From NCBI GenBank assembly GCA_028023455.1, contig JAQFVV010000005.1, positions 7,750,001 through 7,814,000 on the forward strand: a DNA stretch of 64,000 bases. Direction: 5' to 3'. Positions 1 to 12,364 of the stretch are shown here, piece by piece. The notes under the pieces were generated by a model. The model had not been told where the DNA came from, ran no database searches, and saw nothing but the letters and a program-made list of their open reading frames with translations. This DNA comes from Epiperipatus broadwayi (Eukaryota; Animalia; Onychophora). Within the stretch, counting starts at the first letter, position 1. Every line of letters begins with the position of its first letter. A program made the translations under genes and the position numbers.

Positions 1-899
1 GCCTTTGTTTTGACAACAAACTGCTTTCAATCTCTATTATCACGTGTATCCTCAATCTTGATGTGTGTTTTTTTGTTTTCATGCATTCACTATATATTTG
101 TACATTATATTAAACTTTATATTTGTTTCTTTAAAGATAATATTTCTATTTATTCTTTAATTCCAATTTTTATAATATTCTACCCTCAGATTTTTTGTTC
201 CATCGTCCTATTTTCTAAAAACATACAAAATGAAAAGTTTACTAGTGAACAACCTAATAATTGTTATCCCCTGTTCAATATATTTCTTTACTTTCTTTGA
301 GATGTGATCTTATTTTTTTAAATTACTTAATAAGTACTAATCTAGCAAAAAACATGTACTTTTTATCACATAGAAACATGATTAGCCCATTCAATTCCTG
401 AATAGCTGCTGCCATCCACATATTTTCTCCAAGTTCGTCTTGAGGTTTCTTTTACATAAGATTCATTATTTTTTTAAAAGCGATATTGCATTGTTACATG
501 CGTTAAGCCTGAAGTACCAATTCCCTGCCACAAAAATTTTGGCACTATATATCTATTGTATCCAAACAGTGAACATTTCATAATTATTTTTCTTTAATAC
601 TTTTTTTAAACATTTCCTTAATAATTGCATAAATACTCTCATCTGTCATCTATTTACAGCTACAAAACAAAATTTGCTGTATGTCCATTCTATATATTTT
701 TATTACATTGCTATTATTATCTATTTATTCTTATGATAAATTAACATAAATGAGCTACTTATCAACATACAAAACTAATGTGGCAAATTTATTAAATTTA
801 ATCCTTGAGTTTAAAACCAAGAAATATTTTGGTCTTTTTTCAGAGATGCCAAGTAGTTTTTAAGTGAGACAAAATAAAATTAGGTCATCATATTCTAGA

Positions 900-1780
900 G
901 ATTATGATATAATTAATGAAACAGAGGAGGCTGAATGATAACCTTTTAATAAGTTACAATATACATTATTTTCAAATATAGTAAGTTGCATAAATTGAAG
1001 AAGAACTAATATTAAATGAGACATTGATGAAATTTATTAAACTAGAATAAAAACTAAAGAGGTTTGAAAAATGGGCATGTACTTTATAACCAAGACATAG
1101 ACATTGCAAGTACAAGTGAAGCAAGATTTATTTCAAATATTAAAAATTAAAGAACATTGTGGAGATTGATAGTGTCAATATTAGTTATTCAATTTATTGA
1201 AGGATATCTAATGCAAAAAATTCAGATTTGTTTCCCAATAAGCTTTCATTTTGATGATATTGATTTTTATTTAGATAAAGAGAATGCATGTGATCAGATT
1301 AAACATTTTAAAATTGTCAAGGGAAACATGCATGCTTGAAATGGAAATCAATTCAAAAATGTAACTATTGTGAATAAATTTCAATATCAAGATAAAAATG
1401 AAAGAGGAAATAGACTTGAGAAATAACAAAAAATATGTATTTCAAAGCTGTAATGTTTCTTTTGATTAGTAAAATTAAAATACATCTTAGTGTAAAGATA
1501 AAGAAACAAGAACTATTAATAAAGATAGTATTAATATCCATAACCTTCAGAAATAGTCCAATAAATTTAAGACAAAACTTGGAAATAATTTTAAAATATT
1601 AACAGATATTGATAATAGTTTGGATTTTAATTAATTCAATAAGAAGATAATTGTTATTTTACTAAGATCAGCAAAGATAACTGATATAAAAAAAGAAAAA
1701 TTACTAATTTTTTTACTGAGATAAAAAAGACAAAAATATTTTAAGATGTTCCATTTAAAAAATAGAATATTAAATTCTGA
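900..1780 (+). mobile_element. Decayed RTE-type LINE, endonuclease/linker region
   Basis: 1540-1760 aligns by eye with 7750-7950 (aattttaaaatattaacagat...aataagaagata), which leads into a recognisable RTE RT. Many stops and frameshifts; boundaries approximate. Confidence 0.5.
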
Positions 1781-1789
1781 AATGGTATT

Positions 1790-3090
1790 TAAAAAAAAAA
1801 AGAATTATAAGGAATATAATTGTATAGGGCCTGGATATGATGGACTTCGTTCCACAATCCTACACTAATTGTAACAATGGGATTATACATTTGTACAACC
1901 TTATTTCCATCCTTTAACTAAACATATACCACTTTCTACTCCAATTCCTTTTTTAACACAAGTTCTCTAGAAATTAGAAAGCTATCATTGGAACAAGCTT
2001 AAGAGATGACAATCCTTAATTGTGATTTATATATTGCTTATATTGATTTAATCTATCGGGACTATGGAAATTGTTTGAAATTTATTGGTTGTCCATCATA
2101 ATTTATTTATATTATAAAGCTTTTACATGATGAAATAAAAGAAAGTGTTATGACTACAGTGAAAAATCTAAGGCATTTGAAACAAAAATTAATGTTGAAC
2201 AAGAAAATGTGCTTGCTCCAACATGGTTTTCAATTTTTATGACAATGATCTTTGGAATTGTTTACAGACAGCATAATGAAACAGGGATTAAAATGCAATA
2301 CAAGTTAAATGGCAGAATTTTAATTGATATTAAAAGTGAAAAAAAATTACAGATGGTTGTGCATTTTTTTCCAATTCAAAAGAGTCTAGATAATATACTT
2401 AATGTTTTGAATATAAGATGCAAAGATTAGTTTAATAATTTATGTCCAAAAACTCAGCTTTTTATATTAGCCAATAGTGGAAAAAAATCTGCAAATTTTA
2501 GATTTGATGATTATCAATTTGAAAATGTAAATCCTTCGATCAAGAGATACAGCACAACTTCAGTGTATTACAACTTTTAACAAGTTAAAGATAAGATATT
2601 TCATCAATGGGAAATAACTATTGCAACTAAATTAACTGTATATAAAGCTGTTATTTTACCTCAATTATTGCTTAGTAATAAGATTTGGAGACTCTTTCAA
2701 TGCAATATAAAGACAATAGAAAAGTTTCATGAAAATTTTTAAAAATACAATGAGATTATAAAAAGAATGAACACATGTTACATTGTTTTTTATCTTTCTG
2801 GATGTGGTATTATAGAGACCACTGTTATAAAATTACTCCTTCCATGGAATGGTTATGAAAAACAAATGAAAAATGCACGACTTCCTAAACTGTGTTTTAT
2901 GTGAATTTGACCATGGTTTTCACCCAGAGAAGTAGACTGTATTCATATTATAATGATTGTTTTCAGAGACATTTTAAAGGGTACAAAATTGATTGCTTCA
3001 TCAGGAAGATATGGCAGCAACTAGAATACATTGGAGACTTACAATTTGACAAGATATTGAAGAATTTTAATAAAGAAACATTTTTTACAG
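1790..3090 (+). mobile_element. Decayed RTE-BovB-like LINE, RT and 3' region
   Basis: Broken frames give KFIGCP, VLAPTWFSIF (ORF 2209-2430), KLKDKIFHQWEITIATKLTVYKAVILP, RLPK and WQQL, all typical of RTE-BovB ORF2. Appears nested in another RTE copy. Confidence 0.7.
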
Positions 3091-3099
3091 AATAAGTTA

Positions 3100-3720
3100 A
3101 AGTATAGCATCAGAAAATATCAAAAAAACAGAAAAATGAACCAACACATTTTATATATGACATTTATGTGTTACAGATTGCTTTGTATAGTTATTTCAAA
3201 ACTTATTTCTAGGGCAGTTTTTTCTTGGAATTGGAATGAGCATGCTGATGGGTCAAAGAAAGCTATAAAAAAGATCAAAAGCATCAAATAAATAAACAAT
3301 ATGTTGGCAATGGAAGTAAAATAATTTAGGCAATAAAAAAAGATAACAAAAAGAAAGCAGTTATTACAAAGTATATAAAAGAATTCAGCACAATAAAAAA
3401 TAAGAAAACAATAGCTTTTACTATTACAACAACTTTTGAAATCCCAAATATTTTAAACAAAGAGATCAGATATGCAATTAAAACTATGAAGAATGGAAAA
3501 AACTTCAGAATGTAATGGAATTATTATCAATATATTTAAAAAAAGCAGGTGAAAAAAATATAAAAATCATTGATGAAAAACCATATACTAAATGAGTAAT
3601 GGTAAAATGTACCACATGATTGAAAAAATATTAATAATAGTATTGATATTTTGGAAAGGTGAAAAAATATTCATTATCTTCTCTGTAACCTTGGCAATGG
3701 ATTTCAAGCATAGGAGATGC
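3100..3720 (+). mobile_element. Continuation of the 900-1780 RTE-type LINE
   Basis: 3400-3600 resembles 8160-8350 (aaatatgcaattaaa.ctatga...atggaattattat), the region just before the RT core. Confidence 0.45.
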
Positions 3721-4478
3721 ATTTTTAATATAAAGTTTCTAATAATAGCTAATATATATCTCTTAGAAAAACAAAATTCTGCTTTTTCTAAAGATAAAAC
3801 AATTTTTTAGCTTCTTTTGCTAACTTTTTTTTTGTAATTAAACAAGGAAATTAGGCTTTTTCTTTTGGAATGTACAATTTAAAAAAGCTAAAAGACTAAC
3901 TAGCACACTCTCTTTTCTTTTACTTTTAAGAAGAATTGTATTGTTAAAATATTTTTCTTCAGTATTGTTATAAAGAAATGAAAAAATAAACAATTGAAGC
4001 TATATTGTTGAAAAATATTGCAAAGGTTTATTGAGAGCACTAACCTATCAGTTTTATATAAAATCTTTAGTAATCATTACAATTCATTTGCAGAGAACTT
4101 TGAACTTACTTTAAAGTAAAATGTATATTAAGGAAACTTATAGAAAATGATAATAAGCATGAATTGTCATTAGATTTGAAATGATGGATTATGAAAAGGC
4201 ATTTGATTCTTAAAAGTAATATCAAGTTGAAGAAAAGTTGGTTCCATGGTACCCTAAAAAGATAAACAATGATAAGAGTATATGTCATTATGATTCCATA
4301 TTTCCAATGTTTGTATAGCAGTTATAAGATAATTTTTTTGTGGAATAGAATGGGAATTAAGGAAATAAAAATATGTGTACCACTCTGCATACAGTAGTGC
4401 CACCAAGTGCAAGCCTTCATAACCAATGGATGCAAGTTTTGTGCATAAAATCCTTATCTAGTGTCTACTCATCCAATA

Positions 4479-4521
4479 TCCCCAGACTAGTTTTCTAGCT
4501 TGTGGCCTTCATCAATGAGGA
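4479..4521 (-). ncRNA. Minimal type I hammerhead ribozyme, degenerate
   Basis: Sense: UCCUCA uUGAUGA AGGCCACAAGCUA GAAAaC UA GUC UGGGGA (C3>U and one extra A). Confidence 0.75.
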
Positions 4522-4969
4522 GTCTTGGATTTGAGAGACTGCACCTAGATCTTAGGATCTAATGTAACCCTCTGTCAGTCACCTTTTACCTATTTGGTTA
4601 ACTATAAAGCTAGGACTCCAAGATGAAAACCTAAATATTTCCAACCCAAACTCATTTGCTTGTATAGTCATATAGATCTGAACTCAGTTCAGCATCTATT
4701 CATTTTGTTGTCTTTGGTTTTTCAAAAACCACAGTCGCTATTATTCTATGGGCAAGTTGGAAATAAAACCATCAAAATATCACATGATCACCATTTCATA
4801 TGCTTACATATGCTGTTAATAAGATTACCACTCTCCATACAGTAGTTCCAGCAAGTGCAAGCCTTTATAATTAATGGATGCAGGAAGGTTAAGAAAATAG
4901 ATAAAAGATGGCTGCTGGAGGTTTGCATTAGATCCTAAGATCTAGGTCATGTACTCTAAAATATAAGGC

Positions 4970-5011
4970 TCCTTACTGATGAAGGCCACAAGCTAGAAAC
5001 TAGTCTGGGGG
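4970..5011 (+). ncRNA. Minimal type I hammerhead ribozyme, core intact
   Basis: UCCUUA CUGAUGA AGGCCACAAGCUA GAAAC UA GUC UGGGGG; stem I CCUUA/UGGGG, stem III palindrome ACUAGU. Confidence 0.85.
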
Positions 5012-5199
5012 TATTGGATGGGTAGGCACTAGATAGGGATTTAATGCACCAACCTTCTTGCATCCATTTATTATGAAGGCTTGTACTTGGTGGCACTACC
5101 ATATGTAAGCATATGAAATGGGGGATCATGTGATGTTTTGAAGTAAAAATAAATGGGGATCATATCTTTAGATTTTGCAGTATAATGTGGTTGTTTAAT

Positions 5200-5900
5200 C
5201 AAATAATGTTTCAAAGCTTCAGGAAGTGTTATAAGAACTACAAAATAAAACCAAAAAGTATGATTAAAGATAAATACCAAATATATATATAAATTTTAAT
5301 GGTTTTTCACAAAAGAAAAAGTGCAGATTAATGGTAATGAATTAAAATAAGTTAAGAACTACAAACACTCAAGTTATTAATAATAATGGGAAAAAATAGT
5401 TGCTGAATTAAAGTTAGATTTAGTGTTTTTGGTATGAATAGCTTAATATTAAAAGGAAAATATGTCAATGCAATCAAAAAGATTTTAGTAATTGTATTTT
5501 TCAAGTGCTTGCATACAGATGTTGAACTTGGATGGTTAGCAAAAAAGTGATATAAAGACTTCAGGGCACTCAAAAAAGATGAACAGATATGTTGGGAAGA
5601 AACAAGAAGAGAATAAAAAAAATACATGTGTGAGAGAGAGAGAGAAAGCAAACAATTATTATATTGCTAATATCAATGAAAGAATTAAAAGACTGAAATG
5701 GAACTGTGATAGATAATGTTGCTAGAAGAGATGTCAACACATATATAGTTGCAGTTTTAAAAGAAATTTCAAAAAGAGATGTATTAGATGGATGGATGGA
5801 TACGATAATGAACATTTGGTGGTATAGCAATATGAAAAAACCAAAGTTATAGATTAAAGAAATTGGATTAAACCCAGAGAGACTTTCATTCTGTGGTACA
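5200..5900 (+). mobile_element. Decayed RTE-type LINE, 3' part of ORF2
   Basis: Broken frame QVLAYRC*TW...KRLQG...ERIKRLKWN...NVARRD resembles the RTE LTYGCETW...RWAGHVAR region. Confidence 0.55.
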
Positions 5901-6513
5901 TCAATATAATGAAAAATCTGTCTAAGATTCATATTTAAATTTTTCAGTGGCAACCTTTCGTTTTATATCTCTTATCTTAAATAATGCATTTTCTTATTTA
6001 CTCTTTAAATTTAACGATATTTTTTCCCCATTTTTGTACATTTATCTAGAATATTCATATTTAACATTCTTAACAAAAAAAAACAATGCTTTTAAAAATA
6101 ATCAGCAATTTGTTTTAACTGCAATTCTATATCTCATATCTACCATTTATAATTTATCCTTTATATTCTGTAAAGATATCATAAGTGAGACTGAAGATAA
6201 AATAAATCTTTATCTCAGACCTAATTTACTTTTCATCTTCATAGACTTTAAGCCAGTATTTCTCAACCTTTTTTCATCATAGACTAGTAAAAATCAGATC
6301 ATTTTTTGTATTATAAATAAATTAAATTTTATATGAATATATAACAATTTAATAATAAAAATTTTACAAATAAAAAAAAATCAGAGTTTTCGGTAAGAAA
6401 AATGTATATAACACCATATATTTTCTATCTCTAAGCCAATTGCTATAAGCTTTACTAAATAATACAGATTCCAGAACTTATTAAATTCTTATCCTATGCT
6501 ATTTTATCTAATA

Positions 6514-6555
6514 TCTCCAGACTAATTTCAAGCTTATAGCTTTCATCAGTGAAAA
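6514..6555 (-). ncRNA. Minimal type I hammerhead ribozyme, core intact
   Basis: UUUUCA CUGAUGA AAGC-UAUAA-GCUU GAAAU UA GUC UGGAGA; fully paired 4-bp stem II, U.G wobble in stem III. Confidence 0.8.
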
Positions 6556-6854
6556 GTTTTGGATCTTGGATCAGTATATCTGAATCTTTAGGATCTAATA
6601 CATCCTTCTTCCAACACATATTTTCTGCCTTTCAATAATACTATTATGCTATCAACTTAAGTTTAAAAAATGTAAATGTTTTCAATCTAAGCCAACTTAC
6701 TTATATAGTCATATAGATCAGAAACCAGTTTGGTTTCTATATAAACAAAGCAAAACTCTCCATACAGTATTGCCACCCTGTGCCAACTAGAGTAATCAAT
6801 GAATGCCAGAAGGCTTGTGCATAAAATCCCTATCTAATGCCTACTCATCCAATA

Positions 6855-6896
6855 TCCCCAGACTAGTTTCTGGCTTGTGGTCATCATCAGTGAGGA
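6855..6896 (-). ncRNA. Minimal type I hammerhead ribozyme, core intact
   Basis: UCCUCA CUGAUGA UGAC-CACAA-GCCA GAAAC UA GUC UGGGGA; one mismatch in stem II. Confidence 0.85.
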
Positions 6897-7246
6897 GCTT
6901 TGGATCTGAGAGCACTGCATCTAGATTTTAGGCACAGGGTGGCAATACTGTATGGAGAGTTTTGCTTTGTTTATAAACAATTATGTGCTAGTATAAGAGA
7001 TAGTGATCATGTGATGCTTAATAGTTTCTATATGTTTACGGTGTTCTTAGTTTTTGGATAACTATGGGTAGCTCTATTGGGTGAGCAAGAATTTATATAA
7101 TCCAATAAAATATCACAAGACTTCAGCATATTGCTGTTATAACAGCATAATTTCCCCCCTTTCTATGCCACTTTAACTTTGGTAAGTAGTAATATATGCC
7201 AGATGATTGTACTCATTAAGTCTAACCTGTATCATCATATTCAATA

Positions 7247-7288
7247 TCCCCAGACTAGATTCAAGTTTATGGTTTTCTTCTGTGAGAA
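7247..7288 (-). ncRNA. Hammerhead ribozyme relic, core mutated
   Basis: UUCUCA CaGAAGA AAACCAUAAACUU GAAuC UA GUC UGGGGA. Confidence 0.6.
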
Positions 7289-7639
7289 ACTTTGGATCTG
7301 GGATCAGTGCATCTGGTACAGAACAGAGACTTTCCTAAGCATTATTATCAGGCATCTATTATTACATATTAAAACATACAGTAAGTGGCCTAGGAATGGG
7401 GGGAAATTATGCTGCTAAAACAGCAGAATGTAAACTCAAGTCATGTGATAAAATCAGGTGATAATTTATTGGTTTAGACCAATTCCGGGCCACAGAATAA
7501 AGGTGTCAATCATTATCAAATTTTAAGGACACCATAATATATAGAAACTGAACTGGTGTTAGATCTGTATGACTATGTAAGCAAGTTGGTTTAGATTGAA
7601 AGTATTGATGTTTTGAAATAAATTGTAATTATATTCATT

Positions 7640-8990
7640 TATTTCAAGATTGTAACATTTTTACTAGATTCAACACAGGAAATGATCAGCAAATAAAATA
7701 TATGATAATGCAAAATTAGAGATGAAAACTATTAAGAAAGTCACTATTCCTAATTTTCAGAAACACACTAATGAATTTAAATTAGAACTTCATTTTAAAA
7801 TATTAACAGATGTTGAAAATCACTTAGATTTGACTGAAATCAATAAGAAGATATCTGATATCCTATTAAGAACTGGAACAAAAAATGTAGCAATTTACCA
7901 GTAAATTTTTTACCGAAATATGAAAGAATATAAAATTTTTTAAAAATAATTCACTAAGACAAATATCTAGTATTTTGTGATGTGGATAAAAAAATAGAAT
8001 CAATAATTATATAAAAATAAAATTGTGAATTGGCTATAGAATGGAGTAAAGGTCAAAATTATAAAGCAATATCTTGGTTTTGGAAAAAAATTACGTCTTA
8101 AATAAGAAGAAAAAATGGAACTTTTACTAAAAACAGAGTGACACCATAAATGTGTGGAAGAATTCTATAAACAATTATATGGTAATAAAAAAACAAAAGT
8201 TTTTATGTCTAGCATTTTAAGTAATAAAAAGAAATATGCAATTAAATCTATGAGAAGGGAAAAGATCTAGGAAATGATGGAATTATTATTTATATCTTAA
8301 AAGAAAAAGATGAAACAATAAAAAAAATTGTTGGAAAATTTATATGTTGAATGTTTAAATGATAAATATGTATCAGATGATTAGAAAAATGTAGAAGTAA
8401 TGTTGATATTTAAGAAGTGATAATGAGGATATTAGTAATTAGTTTCATTAATCACCTATCAGTTCTATACAAATATTACTAACATAATTACAATTTGTTC
8501 ATAGTAAACTTTAGATTTTAACAAATCAAAAGATCATGCTGGATTTAGAACTGGGTTTAACACTGTGGATTACATTCAAGCATTGTAAGAAATCATAGAA
8601 AGAGCAATTAATATGAGTTGCCATTATGCTTTGTATTTATAGATTATGAAAAGACATTTGATTCTATAAACATTTCTATGATGATTATAGCAATGGCTCA
8701 TCAAAATATATACTCAGGATATTGCCATGTTCTGAAGAATATTTATCAAAATGTAACAACAATAATTAGATTCCATGGGGAAATATTAAGAAAGGTGTAC
8801 CCCAAGATAATTCTATATCTCCAAACTTTTTTTCAATAGTTTTTTAAAGAAATATTTTATGGATCAAAATGAGAAACTAAGGGAATAAAAGTAAATGGAG
8901 GCTAATTAAGTCATCTAGATTTTGTAGATGTGATTCATTTTGCAAATAATGCTTCAGAGATTCAGGAAATTACAGCCTTCAAGATCAAGC
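7640..8990 (+). mobile_element. Decayed RTE-type LINE, linker and RT core
   Basis: AGFRTGFNTVDYIQAL*EIIER, PLCFVFIDYEKTFDSI (ORF 8618-8839), KGVPQDNSISP and GIKVNG..SHLDFVD are RT motifs in the RTE order. Confidence 0.8.
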
Positions 8991-9332
8991 AAGGAATATA
9001 TATATACATATATATATTGAAGCAATGGATCTGAAGTCCGATCCATGCTTCACAGCCTTCTATAAACTTGGTTAGTATTAAAGACCTGAATTAAGTTTAT
9101 AGTCCAATACCAGCAGGGTTTTGCATTTCAATATTTTGTTTTAAATAAATTCCATTCTAAGATTAGATTTCTGTTAATAAAAATTACTTGTAAAACCTAT
9201 TAGTCAAACATATATATATATACGTCAAGCGTATATATATGAGTTAATGCAAAATTCTGCTGAAATAAAATGCTTATTTTATTAAAAGAAATAAGAATGT
9301 ATTTTTCTTTTTAAATCTTGTTAAAATATTTA

Positions 9333-9565
9333 GTATGATTTGATTTTGAGATAAGCCCGCCAACATTTTCTAAAAGAATGTGTATTTTTAATTAATTAGC
9401 CCATTCAAGGCAAATTAAAGATGGCTTTCTCTTTCATTTTTAATTAATGAAATTCAAACTTTAAAGAAAGAAATTTAGAATAAAAGGGTAAAAGTTATAT
9501 TTTCGAAAATGTTACCTTGAAACAAAGGAGTATGTGGGTGGGCTTATCAAGATCTAAGATCATAC
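9333..9565. mobile_element. Putative MITE with imperfect ~35-bp terminal inverted repeats
   Basis: Left gtatgatttgattttgagataagcccgccaacat vs reverse complement of right gtatgatcttagatcttgataagcccacccacat. No clean TSD. Confidence 0.4.
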
Positions 9566-11479
9566 AAACAATAGAAGGTAGCTGACAAAGAGGGTATAAA
9601 TAAAAGTGAGAACAAAAGACTAGGTTATTCAGAGTTTTCTTGCTGGCATTCAGATTTCTCTTTGGAGAACTCTTTCAGATTTTGCTTGTGGAGATTTTAT
9701 TCCAAAAGTTAGACAACTGTCATCTTCAAAATCATGGAGAAGTTTGAACATGCTCAAGCTAAAAGTCATATAAATTTGATGGATTCTGCTATGCTTGGCT
9801 AGGCAAATAAATAGCTTTACCTATTGCTGAGATTCCTAAATACCATCAAAATGCCTTAGTATCCACTCAATAGTCATCTGAACTCTGTGCCGTGTCTGTA
9901 GGACTTTTCATAAAAGCATGCTATTTATTTCCACTTTCCTTGTCCGGGCAAATACCTACCGATGGTCAGATCAAGCCACGAACGCCGTAGGAAACATGAC
10001 CAAGGAACCAGGATGGTAATCATATCTCTCCTCCCGTGAACTATTTACTTTCTATCCTTTTGTTCATAACTTTCTTAATTGAATTATATTATAAATCGTT
10101 TTATTTAATGATATTTGTAATGTAACTATTTTTATTAGACTAGTATTAGATATATATTGTGTGATCATCTATCTATATATTTAACCTTTTTTCCTTCACT
10201 ATTCTTCATTACTAACATATGTAAATATTTTGTATTCCATTGCGGTTAAGTTTAAAAGTTAATTTGTCATTTAAAATCTCTTTCCAATTTTATTTATGTT
10301 TTTAAATTCCATACGAGTAAGTTTCCTCTGTTTGCCAACTTGATCTCCTCGATAACGCCTATGTTGTCCGCCATTAGCTTATTACGTATATCTGATTTAG
10401 CTATATACATCTTAAATAATTTTTAAACTGTCTGTTTTTAGTGCAAAGCAATTAGAAAATGCTTTACAAAAGATTTTTATTATTGTACTTTATCAAGGAG
10501 ATTCGAGTTGACAATTTTATTAAAATTGGGAAGAAAAGACCTAGACCGCAAACATATTAATCTGTTTTTATTGTCTAATTAGTTTTCATTAATTTAAGGG
10601 AATAGCGGAGGCCATTAAATCATTATTCATATTTTAAAGTTGTTAATTAAATATATTATTTAACTAAAAAGCTAGAGTTTCCTAATTTTATCATAATGCT
10701 TTTTTTTACTTTTCAATGATCCAGGCACGCAAAACACATTTTTCATAGTAATTTTATGCACATTTAACTATTTAGCTCCATAGGTGTTCCCGTCCATGTC
10801 TCTACTGTTGATGCTAAGCTTGGCCAGTTGAAAAATAATTTATGTATGGCTCAGATAATGTTGTTGGTTCGTAATTAGCCTAGAGAATAGGTGAATAGGG
10901 CAGAGGTCATAGTATTCTTGATTTAATATCTCGCATATAGGTGGCCTCAAGGTACTTTCGCCTAGTATTCGAACTGGGTTAAACCAACATACATAAATAA
11001 ATAAATGTATAATTAACTTTGTACAACTGTGTGTAAATAATTATACATATAATATTATATAAATAACTGTAACAATAGATGTGTAGCAATGTAACTATTA
11101 ATGTGTAGCAATGTTGTTAGGTCATACAGTTGCATAGCTGGTCTTATAAGGCCAGAGAACTGTAAAAAAAATGCCATATATCAGAGGTGGGTAAACAATA
11201 CCAAGTGTTGTGAAAAAACGCCATATTTGGTAAAGTTTGTAAAGACTCCAGAAGTCTTGAGGGGTATATAAACCCACAGAAAATGGTTTATAATCTGTGG
11301 GTTTATACGTTCTGGTATTAATGTAAGTCAGAAACTCCTGCCTCTGTAAGTTCACAAGTATGACTAGGGTTTATTATACAGGTCACCATGACCTCAAAAT
11401 TTTAATGTGCCTAAAATAGACTATATATATGTTCATATATTATACCATCTCAATTCTGCCTTTGTCGATTATTTACTTG

Positions 11480-12150
11480 CTGCTCACAGGACACAGCAGA
11501 AATATTGCAAGATTTATCAGATGAAAGTAAAAATGTAGAATGAAAGGAATATGTGGAGAATATTAAAATAATGTTTAATGGATTTTCTCAGGAAAAAAAA
11601 AAAGATTGAAAATCAAGAATTAAAAAATTAATACCTTGGTCAGATTATTAAAGCATACAAAAACTTAATAGATGAAATTAAATTTTAATAGAATTATTTT
11701 AAGGAAAATACCTATGCATTTTAAAAGGAATTTTTAATAAATGTATTTGACCAGTTCTTACTTATGGATCTCAGAGTGGGACACTTAATAAGATCAATAC
11801 AGAGCATTCAGACAAATCAACAAAATATGGAGAGATGTATGTGAAATAACAAGAAGGAATCAAAAATGAAATACATGGGTGAAAGAACAAACAGATATCA
11901 CTGAAAGAATTATGAGACCAAAATCAAACTGGGCTAATAGAAGAGACGATAATAGATGAATAGTTGAACTTTTGAAAATGACTCCAAAATATCGTAAAAG
12001 ACCTAGAAAGACATCATATATGAAATGGATGAATGAAATAATGAAGTTTACTGATGGGTTGTGAAGAACAGGCTAAGGATGGTAAAAATTGTATTAAACT
12101 TGAAGAGATTTTTATCCTACGGTATGCTAATGTTTGAAAATGATAATAAT
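11480..12150 (+). mobile_element. Decayed RTE-type LINE 3' end, probably the continuation of 7640-8990
   Basis: LSDESKNV, VFDQ..LTYG, MERCM, WVKEQT.ITERIMRPKSNW, DNR and KRPRK match the post-FADD part of RTE ORF2. Confidence 0.7.
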
Positions 12151-12364
12151 GATATACAAACTAATAAGATCTTTGTTCAACCATGAAGTCAATCCTTGTT
12201 TGGAGATGTGCTAAATTTCGATGAAGAGTTGTCTTAACTTCATTTTCATAATCGGTCAAAGAGACAAAAAATTTAAAAAAAACTTTAACTAAAAAATATT
12301 ATGCTCCACACACAGTAATGTATATATAAGGGATAGATTATAATTATAGGCTTGAAAATCAGGT

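Larger units (their letters stand above)
4375..5140. mobile_element. Hammerhead-bearing Penelope-pLTR/retrozyme-like element, family A: tandem minus units plus an inverted plus unit
   Basis: ccactct.catacagtagt recurs at 4380 and 4828 (448-bp period). Orientation flips near 4890. Ribozyme motifs at 4479-4521 (-) and 4970-5011 (+). Confidence 0.85.
6490..7610. mobile_element. Composite family-A hammerhead element with alternating orientation (-,+,-,+)
   Basis: Minus 6490-6930 (two units), plus 6931-7020, minus 7025-7330, plus 7385-7610. Perfect 45-bp inverted repeat 6740-6784 / 6931-6975. Confidence 0.8.

Noticed and set aside
10-300. Track ORFs rich in F/I/L/Y/K (also 5352-6282, 16692-17033, 19286-20139 and most others under 130 aa)
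   Set aside because: Expected by chance in AT-rich DNA, or antisense shadows of LINE remnants; no domains recognised.
9955-10005. cctaccgatgg...gaaacatgaccaagg resembling a hammerhead with an ACAUGU stem III
   Set aside because: Needs three core substitutions and has no pairable stem II.
10950-10985. B-box-like GTTCGAATAC on the minus strand suggesting a tRNA or SINE head
   Set aside because: No A box or cloverleaf at the expected distance.
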